From Ferruginibacter sp. (GTDB lineage: Bacteria; Bacteroidota; Bacteroidia; Chitinophagales; Chitinophagaceae): a DNA stretch of 64,000 nucleotides. The notes beneath the pieces are model-generated. The model searched no databases. It was not told where the DNA came from and was given only the letters and a program-made list of their open reading frames with translations. Where the stretch lies: the NCBI GenBank assembly GCA_037045295.1, contig JBAOHS010000008.1, forward strand, positions 401,171 to 465,170. The letters run 5' to 3'. Made by a program: the position numbers and the translations under genes. Positions 22,241-31,290 of the stretch are shown in pieces (the stretch's first letter is position 1; each line of letters begins with the position of its first letter).

Positions 22241-23047
22241 CAGAGCCTCACAATTTGTTGTGAGGCTTATTTATTTTTCCACGAATAAAAGATTTTAGCG
22301 CTGTTCTGTTTTGAGCATCCCGATTTACAATCGGGAGGGTCGGCGGTTTCCCGATGATTCGGGATCAACTCCCACAGAGCCTCACAATTTGTTGTGAGGC
22401 TTATTTATTTTTCCACGAATAAAAGATTTTAGCGCTGTTCGGTCTAGAGCATCCCGATTTACAATCGGGAGGGTCGGCGGTTTCCCGAAGATTCGGGATC
22501 AACTCCCACAGAGCCTCACAATTTGTTGGGAGGCTTATTTATTTTTTCCACGTATAAATGATTTTAGCGCTGTTAGGTTTGGAGCATCCCGATTTACAAT
22601 CGGGAGGGTCGGCGGTTTCCCGATGATTCAGGATCAACTCCCACAGAGCCTCACAATTTGTTGTGAGGCTTATTTATTTTTTCCACGTATAAAAGATTTT
22701 AGCGCTGTTCGGTTTAGAGCATCCCGATTTACAATCGGGAGGGTCGGCGGTTTCCCGATGATTCGGGATCAACTCCCACAGAGCCTCACAATTTGTTGTG
22801 AGGCTTATTTATTTTTTCCACGTATAAAAGATTTTAGCGCTGTTCGGTTTAGAGCATCCCGATTTACAATCGGGAGGGTCGGCGGTTTCCCGATGATTCG
22901 GGATCAACTCCCACAGAGCCTCACAATTTGTTGTGAGGCTTATTTATTTTTCCACGTATAAAAGATTTTAGCGCTGTTCGGTTTGGATCATCCCGATTTA
23001 CAATCGGGAGACTCGGCGGTTTCACGATGATTCGGGATCAACTCCCA
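22241..23047 (+). repeat. Six tandem 134-135 bp tRNA-Val-derived repeats, each a terminator hairpin plus a remodelled pseudo-tRNA
   Basis: Units start at 22241, 22375, 22509, 22644, 22779 and 22914. Units 4 and 5 are identical; the others differ from them by 4-6 changes. Every unit ends in the tRNA 3' sequence TCAACTCCCA. Confidence 0.97.
22244..22278 (+). terminator. Terminator-like hairpin after tRNA-Val, repeated at the start of every array unit
   Basis: AGCCTCACAA-TTTG-TTGTGAGGCT perfect 10-bp stem followed by TATTTATTTTT. Confidence 0.8.
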
Positions 23048-23168
23048 CAAACCCCGCATTTCAGTGTAAGGTTTTACTTTTTATATCATAGCTGCCTGCC
23101 CCGTATTTCTGTTATATAGCATTCCAACATTGATATTCCTGAAAAATGCTACTTTTGTACTTTGATAT

Positions 23169-23471
23169 ATGTCAGCATTTCCATCATACAACACTTCTAC
23201 AAAGCAGGATATAGAAACAGATGTTCTTACCCTTACGGAACCACCCTGTAGTTTACTCGTTTGGAACGACGATGTAAATACATTTGAGTGGGTAATAGAA
23301 ACCCTGATAGAAATCTGCGGCCATTCACAGGAACAGGCAGAGCAGTGTGCCTTCCTGATTCATAGCAAAGGCAAATACGCTGTTAAAAATGGCAGCTACG
23401 ACGTTCTGAAGCCTCAATGCGATGCGATAACCGATAGAAAAATCGGTGCCACCATTGAAATCCTCGCCTGA
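23169..23471 (+). CDS. clpS: ATP-dependent Clp protease adaptor ClpS
   Basis: LLVWNDDVNTFEWVIETL...HSKGKYAV motif; TACTTTTG promoter at 23150-23157. Confidence 0.92.
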   Translation: MSAFPSYNTSTKQDIETDVLTLTEPPCSLLVWNDDVNTFEWVIETLIEICGHSQEQAEQCAFLIHSKGKYAVKNGSYDVLKPQCDAITDRKIGATIEILA

Positions 23472-23604
23472 TTTACGGCCGCTGTGAAATCCTATTTAAT
23501 TCTTTAAATTTTGTTAAAGCCCTGACTCAGGTGCAGCCTTTTAATTCAAGTGCTGGTCTTGGGTAAGTCAAAGCATAATTTAAAAACCCTATTAATTAAC
23601 TAAA

Positions 23605-24222
23605 ATGAAAAATGAAATGACAAAGAAATGTATCCTGTTTGGTTTAGCCTCAGTAATGGCATTCGGAACGTATGCTCAGAAAAATACCTTATTGGTTGGT
23701 GGAAATGTAGGCATAAGCAGTTCAAAAAATGAAAACACGCAGTTTGAAACCAAGAATACTGCTTTTACATTTGACCCTTATGTAGGCTACCAATTCGATA
23801 ACCATTGGACAGCCGGTGCAGTAGTTTCAGTAGGAAGCAACAAGCAGACAATCAGTAGTTCACCTGAAGAAGTTGATAAAACAACCGCTTTTGCTGCCGG
23901 TCCGTTTATCAGGTATACGCATAAACTATCTGATGTTTTTATGGTTTACGGACAGTTGCAGGGACTATTCGGTGGATATAAAAATACTTCCAGTCTTGGA
24001 AATGTATCTATTACCGATAAAGGCTCTGTTTTTAGTGCTACGCTATTCCCTGCCGTTTTCATCAACCTGAAAAACAATTTTGGTTTGAATTTCAATTTCG
24101 GTGGCTTGACTTATGGTAGCTTAAAACCAGACGGAGGCAAAACCAACAGTTCTGTTAATTTCAACTTCGGTCAGGTAGCAAACATTGGTATTTCTAAAAA
24201 CTTTTCTTTCAGAAAAAAATAA
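23605..24222 (+). CDS. Outer-membrane beta-barrel protein (porin-like)
   Basis: Signal peptide, alternating amphipathic strands, aromatic-rich C-terminal strand (GISKNFSF). Confidence 0.75.
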   Translation: MKNEMTKKCILFGLASVMAFGTYAQKNTLLVGGNVGISSSKNENTQFETKNTAFTFDPYVGYQFDNHWTAGAVVSVGSNKQTISSSPEEVDKTTAFAAGPFIRYTHKLSDVFMVYGQLQGLFGGYKNTSSLGNVSITDKGSVFSATLFPAVFINLKNNFGLNFNFGGLTYGSLKPDGGKTNSSVNFNFGQVANIGISKNFSFRKK

Positions 24223-24241
24223 CTAAATCCCAAATGAAACT

Positions 24242-24273
24242 AAAAAAGGGTTACCTGCTTCGGGTAACCCTTT
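24242..24273. terminator. Bidirectional terminator between the convergent OMP and tex genes
   Basis: AAAGGGTTACC-TGCTTCG-GGTAACCCTTT inverted repeat. Confidence 0.85.
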
Positions 24274-24289
24274 CCGTTATTAAGATATT

Positions 24290-26512
24290 CTATCGGGAGA
24301 ATTTTTCTTTTAATAAAGCCAGGGCATCTTTCATCGTTGGTGGTTCCTGTTTGGCTGCTGACTGAGGTTTCAGCATTGGTTTAGATTTTGAACGAACAGG
24401 CGCTGTTTCAGTTTGTTTGATGGACAATACAATTCTTTTTCTTGAAAGGTCGACTTCCAGCACTTTTACCTTTACCTGCTGGTTAAGTTTTAAAACCTCT
24501 GAAGGATCCTGTATAAAACGATGGGCAATCTCAGAAACATGTACCAATCCATCCTGCTTCACGCCTATATCCACAAATGCACCGAACCTGGTAAGATTGG
24601 TTACGATGCCGGGTAATTCCATTCCTACCTGTACATCTTCAATGGCGTATATGGCAGCAAATTCAAACAACTGTACTTCTTTCCGCGGATCAAGTCCAGG
24701 TTTTTTTAATTCGGTAATGATATCCCTGATAGTGTGTTCACCGGCATTCTCTGAATGGTATTTTTTGGTTTCAACTTTCTGCAGCAATGTTTCGTTTCCG
24801 ATCAATTCAGCAACCGGTACCGAAAGATCGGTTGCCATTCTTTCAATTAATGGATATGCTTCGGGGTGTACCGCACTTGCATCAAGCGGATTAACGCCTC
24901 CGGTTATACGCAGAAATCCTGCACATTGTTCATAGGCTTTCCCACCCAACCGGGGTACTTTCAGCAATGCTTCCCTGCTGCTGAACTTTCCTTCCTGGCT
25001 TCTGTACTTCACAATATTTTCTGCCAGCCCGGAGCCGATTCCACTTACATAAGCCAGCAACTGACTGCTTGCTGTATTTACATTCACACCTACACTGTTT
25101 ACACAGCTCATAACAGTCTGGTCTAACCGCTCTTTTAACCTGGCCTGGTTTACATCATGCTGGTACTGACCTACCCCAATACTTTTAGGATCAATTTTTA
25201 CCAGCTCTGCCAGTGGATCCATCAATCGCCTGCCAATACTAACCGCTCCCCTCACCGTAATATCATGATCGGGAAATTCTTTACGGGCAACTTCTGAAGC
25301 CGAATAAATGCTGGCTCCATCTTCATTCACGAGATAAACCGGGATGTCGAGTTTCAATCCTTTTATAAACTGTTCTGTTTCTCTTCCTGCTGTTCCATCC
25401 CCGATGGCAAATGCCTGGATAGCATGTTTATGTACCAGTTGTTTTATTTTATCGGCTGCTTCCTGTAACCTGTTTTTTTCATGAATAAATATCAGTCCGT
25501 TTTCGAGTAACTCTGCCTTCTCGTCGATGCAAACCACTTTACATCCTGTTCTGTAACCCGGATCGATGGCCAGAATCCTTTTGCTTCCGAGTGGCGCACT
25601 CAACAGCAACTGTCTCAAATTTTCTGCAAATACATTGATGGCTTCTTCATCGGCTGCAGTTTTCAACGCCGTGCGGAATTCCGTTTCGAGGGAAGGTTGC
25701 AGCAATCTTTTATAACTGTCTTTCACTGCTTTTCGTACATGCGTTGCCGATGGGCTCATCCCTTTGAGGTATACCGATTCAATTAATTCGAGCGCCAGTT
25801 CCTCTGACGGTTCTATTGATATGCGTAGAAAACCTTCAAGAAAACCTCGGAGCAGGGCCAGGGTACGATGTGAGGGAATGCTGCTGATTTTTTCTGAAAA
25901 CTCAAAATAATCACGGTATTTGGCTGCTTCCTGTTCTTTCTCTGCATCGATTTTACTGATGATGTCAGCCTGCTCCCTGAATAATCTTCTTAGTTTATCC
26001 CTTACCGTTGTGTCTTCATTGATCAATTCTGCAATAATATCTCTTGCCCCTTGTAAAGCCTGGTCAACCGAAGTAATTTTTTCATTGAGGAATGATTCGG
26101 CTGCAACTTCAGGAATAGCATCTTCCTGCAAAAGGAGCAGGTCGGCCAAAGGTTGTAATCCGTTTTCACGGGCGGTATCAGCTTTCGTTTTTCTTTTCTG
26201 CTTATAAGGCAGGTAAATATCTTCCAGTTGTGCAAGTGTGGTTGCTGCATTGATCTTTGCCTGCAGCGCTTCAGTCATCTTGCCTTGTTCGGTAATTGTT
26301 TTTTCGATGAATGATTTCCGGTCGGCAAATTCCTGCAATGCTTTCTGTTCTTCCTGTATCTGTTGAATCTGAAGTTCATCGAGGGCACCGGTTTTGTCTT
26401 TGCGGTAACGGGCGATAAAAGGGATCGTTGCTCCTTCAGCCAGTAATTCAAGAACAATTTCTACCTGCTGTTTTTTTATATTTAATTTTTGCGCAATGGG
26501 TTCTATAAACAT
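24290..26512 (-). CDS. tex: Tex/YhgF family RNA-binding transcription accessory protein
   Basis: GATIPFIARYRKD, AIDPGYRTGCK, DPKSIGVGQYQHDV and a C-terminal S1 domain. Confidence 0.95.
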   Translation of the reverse strand: MFIEPIAQKLNIKKQQVEIVLELLAEGATIPFIARYRKDKTGALDELQIQQIQEEQKALQEFADRKSFIEKTITEQGKMTEALQAKINAATTLAQLEDIYLPYKQKRKTKADTARENGLQPLADLLLLQEDAIPEVAAESFLNEKITSVDQALQGARDIIAELINEDTTVRDKLRRLFREQADIISKIDAEKEQEAAKYRDYFEFSEKISSIPSHRTLALLRGFLEGFLRISIEPSEELALELIESVYLKGMSPSATHVRKAVKDSYKRLLQPSLETEFRTALKTAADEEAINVFAENLRQLLLSAPLGSKRILAIDPGYRTGCKVVCIDEKAELLENGLIFIHEKNRLQEAADKIKQLVHKHAIQAFAIGDGTAGRETEQFIKGLKLDIPVYLVNEDGASIYSASEVARKEFPDHDITVRGAVSIGRRLMDPLAELVKIDPKSIGVGQYQHDVNQARLKERLDQTVMSCVNSVGVNVNTASSQLLAYVSGIGSGLAENIVKYRSQEGKFSSREALLKVPRLGGKAYEQCAGFLRITGGVNPLDASAVHPEAYPLIERMATDLSVPVAELIGNETLLQKVETKKYHSENAGEHTIRDIITELKKPGLDPRKEVQLFEFAAIYAIEDVQVGMELPGIVTNLTRFGAFVDIGVKQDGLVHVSEIAHRFIQDPSEVLKLNQQVKVKVLEVDLSRKRIVLSIKQTETAPVRSKSKPMLKPQSAAKQEPPTMKDALALLKEKFSR

Positions 26513-26580
26513 GCTTTTTTATTTGGGGCTGCGAAAATAGGAAGATTCAATCTGACAATACTTAAGAAATACCAAATCAA

Positions 26581-27930
26581 TTATGCGTTGCTGAAGGTTA
26601 ATTTTTTTTCAGGGTAACTGGCTGCAAAAGAATAAAGACTATTGCGGATAAAATCATTGTCGGCATAAGGATGAATCTTCTCTTTCAAAATATAAGCAGA
26701 ATCTATTTTTTCATCTGCCGGAAGATATCCCATGCCCCAGAAACTACCTTTTTCAATGAGCAGGTACAATCGTTCTGTTGGTTCTTTGCCTTCATCTACA
26801 ATGGCAAAAGTGGGCAATTGTTTTTCCAGTTCCTGCAAAGCCTGGTTCACTTTTTTGTTGTAGCGTACCGGTGAATCTAGGTGTTCAAAGTCTTTCTCGG
26901 TAATGGCGGTTTTATCTATAAAACAAAGTTTGTGATTCAGTTCGAATTGTTCAATGATTTTCCTGAGCATAACCAATCCTTCATGTAAAAGATTGAATCG
27001 GTACAATGCCGGAAAGTGTTTCTTCCGTTTGTCAATCGCCAGTCGCATGTATCCCCTGTTGTCTTCAAAACAATACAATCCATATTGCTGTACAGGTTGC
27101 TTCTGACTATAATTGTATTTCGGCCAGAGCCGCCTGATTTCGGTACTTTCCAGCACCAGTGCATGCAATTCACTGGCACAAACGGTATGACTGATGTTTG
27201 CAACCAGCCTTAGAAAATGCTGGCGTTTTTTCTCACCATCATTGTGTGTAAAATGACTGCTTACCCTTTTCCTGATATTAATGGCTTTGCCTACATAGAT
27301 GATTTTGCCTTTGCTGTTGTGGAAATAATAAACACCGGGCGCTGCGGGCAACTGATCAATCACTGATTTATCGAGTTGCATCGGCAACCACTGATCAGCT
27401 GATGTTTTCTTCAGCATTTTATTAATATGCTCCAATGCTCCGCCTGCCAGTAACTTATCAAACAACACAACCGTAGCTGCTGCATCACCTTTGGCTCTAT
27501 GCCTGTTTTCAATACTTATATTCAGGTTGCGACAGAGGTTACCCAAACTATAAGAAGGCAATCCCGGAAATACTTTTCGGCTAAGCCTTACCGTGCATAA
27601 TTTTTTTTCATTCAGATCGAACCCGGATTGTTTCAGGTGATGCTTCAGAAAAGAAAAATCGAAATTCACATTGTGTGCTATAAAAACTTTTCCCTGTAAT
27701 ATGTTGTAGACCCTTTCTGCAATGTCAGAAAATACAGGAGCGCCTGCCACCATACTTCCCGAAATACCGGTGAGTGCAGTGATGTACAATGGTATATTTC
27801 TTTCGGGATTGATCAGTGTATGAAAAGTTTCCACCACCTGCACACCATCATGCACAAAAATGGCCAGTTCTGTAATGCCATTGCCTACAGCATGACCTCC
27901 GGTGGTTTCTATATCAACAATTGCATACAT
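26581..27930 (-). CDS. DEDDh (DnaQ-like) exonuclease fused to a GIY-YIG (UvrC/Cho-like) nuclease domain
   Basis: AIVDIETTG, AHNVNFD and HRAKGDA exonuclease motifs; PGVYYFH...IIYVGKAINIRKRVSSHF. Confidence 0.9.
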   Translation of the reverse strand: MYAIVDIETTGGHAVGNGITELAIFVHDGVQVVETFHTLINPERNIPLYITALTGISGSMVAGAPVFSDIAERVYNILQGKVFIAHNVNFDFSFLKHHLKQSGFDLNEKKLCTVRLSRKVFPGLPSYSLGNLCRNLNISIENRHRAKGDAAATVVLFDKLLAGGALEHINKMLKKTSADQWLPMQLDKSVIDQLPAAPGVYYFHNSKGKIIYVGKAINIRKRVSSHFTHNDGEKKRQHFLRLVANISHTVCASELHALVLESTEIRRLWPKYNYSQKQPVQQYGLYCFEDNRGYMRLAIDKRKKHFPALYRFNLLHEGLVMLRKIIEQFELNHKLCFIDKTAITEKDFEHLDSPVRYNKKVNQALQELEKQLPTFAIVDEGKEPTERLYLLIEKGSFWGMGYLPADEKIDSAYILKEKIHPYADNDFIRNSLYSFAASYPEKKLTFSNA

Positions 27931-28081
27931 GGATGTAAAACGTAAATTGAAGGATTTAATTTTTCCTGATGGTTACAGGCGCTAAAATACTAACTATTTT
28001 AGTTTTGCGGCAAAAAATATAAGATATGCGCTATCAGCCGAATGGGCTGCATTTCGTACCTTCGCCATCCTGAAAAAATTA

Positions 28082-30706
28082 ATGCCCGGCATGGAACTTA
28101 GTAAAAATTTTGAACCGCAATCGATAGAAGATAACTGGTACAGTCATTGGCTCAGCAAGGAGTATTTTAAAAGTACGCCCGATGAAAGAGAGCCCTACAC
28201 CATCGTCATTCCTCCTCCGAATGTTACCGGTGTGTTGCATATGGGCCATTGCCTCAACAATACGATTCAGGATATCCTGATCCGCAGGGCGAGGATGCAG
28301 GGTAAGAATGCCTGCTGGGTTCCGGGAACGGATCATGCATCCATTGCTACAGAAGCAAAAGTGGTAGGCATGCTGAGGGAAAGAGGTATCACCAAATCAT
28401 CGCTTACCCGGGATGAATTTTTGGGTTATGCCTGGGAATGGAAAGAAAAATACGGCGGCATCATTTTGCAGCAGTTAAAAAAACTGGGTTGCAGTCTGGA
28501 TTGGGATCGTACTTCGTTTACGATGGACAAAGATTATTACGATTCTGTGATCAATGTTTTTGTTTCATTGTACCGCAAAGGTGTAATCTATCGTGGAAAG
28601 CGAATGATCAACTGGGATGTAAAAGCGTTTACGGCACTGAGTGATGAAGAAGTGATCAGGAAAGAAACAAAACAGAAGCTTTACCATATTCGATATGCGA
28701 TTGAAGGATCCGATGAAGGGGTTGTGATTGCAACGGTTCGACCTGAAACCATCATGGGCGATACGGCGATCTGTGTTCATCCGGATGATCAGAGATACCA
28801 CCACCTGCATGGAAAATTTGCAGTGATTCCGTTGATCAACCGTCGCATTCCGATCATTACCGATGATTATGTAAGTATGGATTTCGGAACCGGTGCATTG
28901 AAAGTTACGCCTGCGCACGACATGAACGATAACCAGCTCGGTATTAAACACCAACTGGAAGTTGTAGATATTTTTAATGAAGACGGAACGCTCAACGAAA
29001 CAGCACAGATTTATTTAGGGCTCGATCGTTTTGATGCCCGCAAAAAAATTGCGCTTGAACTCGAAGAAAAAGGATTCCTGATTAAAACGGAAGACTATAC
29101 CAGTGAAGTGGGTTACAGTGAAAGAACAGATGCGGTAGTAGAACCGAGGCTTAGTTTGCAGTGGTGGGTAAGCATGAAAGATTTGTCGACTCCGGCTTTA
29201 AGAGCGGTGATGGACGAAGAAATAAAATTCTATCCGCCCAAGTTTAAAAACCTCTACCGCCACTGGATGGAGAACATCAAGGATTGGTGTATCAGCCGGC
29301 AGTTGTGGTGGGGACATCGCATTCCTGCATGGTATGATGCCGATGGAAAATTTGTGGTTGCTGCCAGTGAAGCAGAAGCAAAGGAAATGTTTGCAAAAGA
29401 ATTCGGCATCAGCAATGCTGTTTTAAAACAGGATGAAGATTGTCTGGATACCTGGTTCAGCAGCTGGTTATGGCCATTTGAAGTTTTCAAAGGATACAGC
29501 AATCCAGGCAATGCAGAAATAAAATATTATTACCCCACCAATACATTGGTTACTGCACCCGAAATTATTTTCTTCTGGGTAGCACGTATGATCATGGCGG
29601 GCTTTGAATACATGGATGCCAAGCCATTCCAGGATGTATATTTTACCGGTATTGTAAGAGACAAGCAAGGCAAAAAAATGAGCAAGCAGTTTGGTAATTC
29701 ACCAGACTTACTGGGACTTATTGATCAATATGGCGCTGATGCTACCAGGTTCGGTATTATGATTGCCTCTCCTGCTGGTAATGATATTCTGTTTGATGAA
29801 TCATCATTGGAACAGGGAAGGAATTTCAATAACAAAATGTGGAATGCCCTGAAGCTGCTGAAAATGTGGGAAGGAAGGGTGAGTAAAGAGGTAAGTGCCG
29901 ATGATGCTTCTTTTGCCATTGAATGGTTTCGTCAACGGTTAAACGAAGTTAAGATTGAAGTGGATGGCATGATGCAACAGTTCCGGTTAAGCGAAGCATT
30001 GAAAACCATTTATTCACTGATATGGGATGATTTCTGCAGCTGGTACCTCGAATGGGTTAAACCAGGTTTTGAACAACCGGTTTCAGAAAAAGTATACCAG
30101 CAAACGACTGCATTCTTCACTGAGTTAATGCAATTGCTGCATCCGTATATGCCATTTATCACAGAAGAGATTTATCATCAGCTGGAAGAACGTACCGATG
30201 ATCTCTGTGTTAAAATACAAACTCCGGGCGTATCCCCTTCTGCTGAAATATTGCAAAACGGAAACCTGCTGAAAGAAGTGATCAGCGGATTGCGTGACCT
30301 GCGCAATAAGAACCAGGTTAAACCAAAAGAAACGATTGAGCTGTTTATACAAACTGACAATAAAAAAGTATTCAGTGCGATCGAAAGCATGTTGATCCGC
30401 CAGGTGAATGCTTCTAAAATTTCCTATACTGAAGAAGCCGTTGCTGGTTCAATTACATCAGTTATCGGTAAAGACAAATTTTATGTAATTACTTCACAAC
30501 CGATCAATACTAGCAATCAGAAGGATGACTTGCAGAAAGAACTGACACACCTGAAAGGATTTCTTTTATCGGTAGAAAAAAAGCTGGGCAATGAAAAATT
30601 TGTTCAGAATGCAAAACCGGAAGTGATCGCTATGGAACAGAAGAAAAAATCGGATGCGGAAACTAAGATCCGGGTAATCGAAGAAAGCCTGGCTTCATTA
30701 TCCTGA
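28082..30706 (+). CDS. valS: Valyl-tRNA synthetase (start may be 28091)
   Basis: PPPNVTGVLHMGH, DWCISRQLWWGHRIP, KMSK motif and a C-terminal coiled coil. Confidence 0.98.
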   Translation: MPGMELSKNFEPQSIEDNWYSHWLSKEYFKSTPDEREPYTIVIPPPNVTGVLHMGHCLNNTIQDILIRRARMQGKNACWVPGTDHASIATEAKVVGMLRERGITKSSLTRDEFLGYAWEWKEKYGGIILQQLKKLGCSLDWDRTSFTMDKDYYDSVINVFVSLYRKGVIYRGKRMINWDVKAFTALSDEEVIRKETKQKLYHIRYAIEGSDEGVVIATVRPETIMGDTAICVHPDDQRYHHLHGKFAVIPLINRRIPIITDDYVSMDFGTGALKVTPAHDMNDNQLGIKHQLEVVDIFNEDGTLNETAQIYLGLDRFDARKKIALELEEKGFLIKTEDYTSEVGYSERTDAVVEPRLSLQWWVSMKDLSTPALRAVMDEEIKFYPPKFKNLYRHWMENIKDWCISRQLWWGHRIPAWYDADGKFVVAASEAEAKEMFAKEFGISNAVLKQDEDCLDTWFSSWLWPFEVFKGYSNPGNAEIKYYYPTNTLVTAPEIIFFWVARMIMAGFEYMDAKPFQDVYFTGIVRDKQGKKMSKQFGNSPDLLGLIDQYGADATRFGIMIASPAGNDILFDESSLEQGRNFNNKMWNALKLLKMWEGRVSKEVSADDASFAIEWFRQRLNEVKIEVDGMMQQFRLSEALKTIYSLIWDDFCSWYLEWVKPGFEQPVSEKVYQQTTAFFTELMQLLHPYMPFITEEIYHQLEERTDDLCVKIQTPGVSPSAEILQNGNLLKEVISGLRDLRNKNQVKPKETIELFIQTDNKKVFSAIESMLIRQVNASKISYTEEAVAGSITSVIGKDKFYVITSQPINTSNQKDDLQKELTHLKGFLLSVEKKLGNEKFVQNAKPEVIAMEQKKKSDAETKIRVIEESLASLS

Positions 30707-30808
30707 TTGATGGGATAGAATTCAGATGAATCAGATTTAGCAAAAAGTTAAAAACAGTTTCATCTGTGGTTTCTGTTGTATATTTAATTCAACTTAATTG
30801 TAAAAACA

Positions 30809-31285
30809 ATGCGCTATTTTAAAGTACTGGTACTGACACTATTGATTTCCTGCAGCTTTTCCTATGCACAAACAAAACCTGCTGAACCTGTAGTTACACC
30901 GGTAAAAAAATTCAAAGCGCCGCCTTTAAAAACACAGTTGTCTATTTACAAAGATTCCGTTTCACTATCTGTTGAAGAAGCTAAGAATGTAATTGCGGCT
31001 GCATTGAAAGTAACCGATGACAAAAAGAATGATTACAGGATTACTTATTACAATTTCCTTTATCGCAGAAGAGTAGTTACGGAAGATGAAAAAACCGGAC
31101 AAGCCATTCCAACGGAAGCAGTGGTATCAGATGATTTTAGTGTAACTCCCCTGCCTGCATTGTGGATCAGTACCATCAAGGATCAGTTAAGAAGTGGTGA
31201 AGAGTTATTCTTTTTCGACATCATTGTGAAAGATGCACAAGGAAGAGTGATGTATGCACCCAACTTCAGGATAAAGGTGAAATAA
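30809..31285 (+). CDS. Hypothetical exported protein
   Basis: 158-aa ORF with a signal peptide; no family recognised with confidence. Confidence 0.7.
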   Translation: MRYFKVLVLTLLISCSFSYAQTKPAEPVVTPVKKFKAPPLKTQLSIYKDSVSLSVEEAKNVIAAALKVTDDKKNDYRITYYNFLYRRRVVTEDEKTGQAIPTEAVVSDDFSVTPLPALWISTIKDQLRSGEELFFFDIIVKDAQGRVMYAPNFRIKVK

Positions 31286-31290
31286 AATCA

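Noticed and set aside
22623-22961. 112-aa ORF with a 45-aa period
   Set aside because: A by-product of the 135-bp (3n) units 4-5. It has no start context and no protein-like composition, and the frame is broken in the 134-bp units.
22241-23047. CRISPR array
   Set aside because: The whole 134-135 bp unit is repeated at about 95-100% identity, there are no unique spacers, and no cas genes are in the window.
22290-23047. Six additional functional tRNA-Val genes
   Set aside because: The 5' acceptor strand GGGAGTT is replaced by A-rich sequence and the T-arm (TTCGA loop and 3' stem) is destroyed, so a cloverleaf cannot form.
26581-27930. DEDDh-GIY-YIG protein as the dedicated effector of the tRNA-like array
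   Set aside because: It looks like the ordinary DnaQ/UvrC-like repair protein of Bacteroidetes, is 3.5 kb away and is separated from the array by unrelated genes. Only the weak proximity note was kept.
27931-28081. T-box leader for valS
   Set aside because: No T-box consensus (AAGGTGGTACC-like) or terminator; promoter-like elements lie close to the start.
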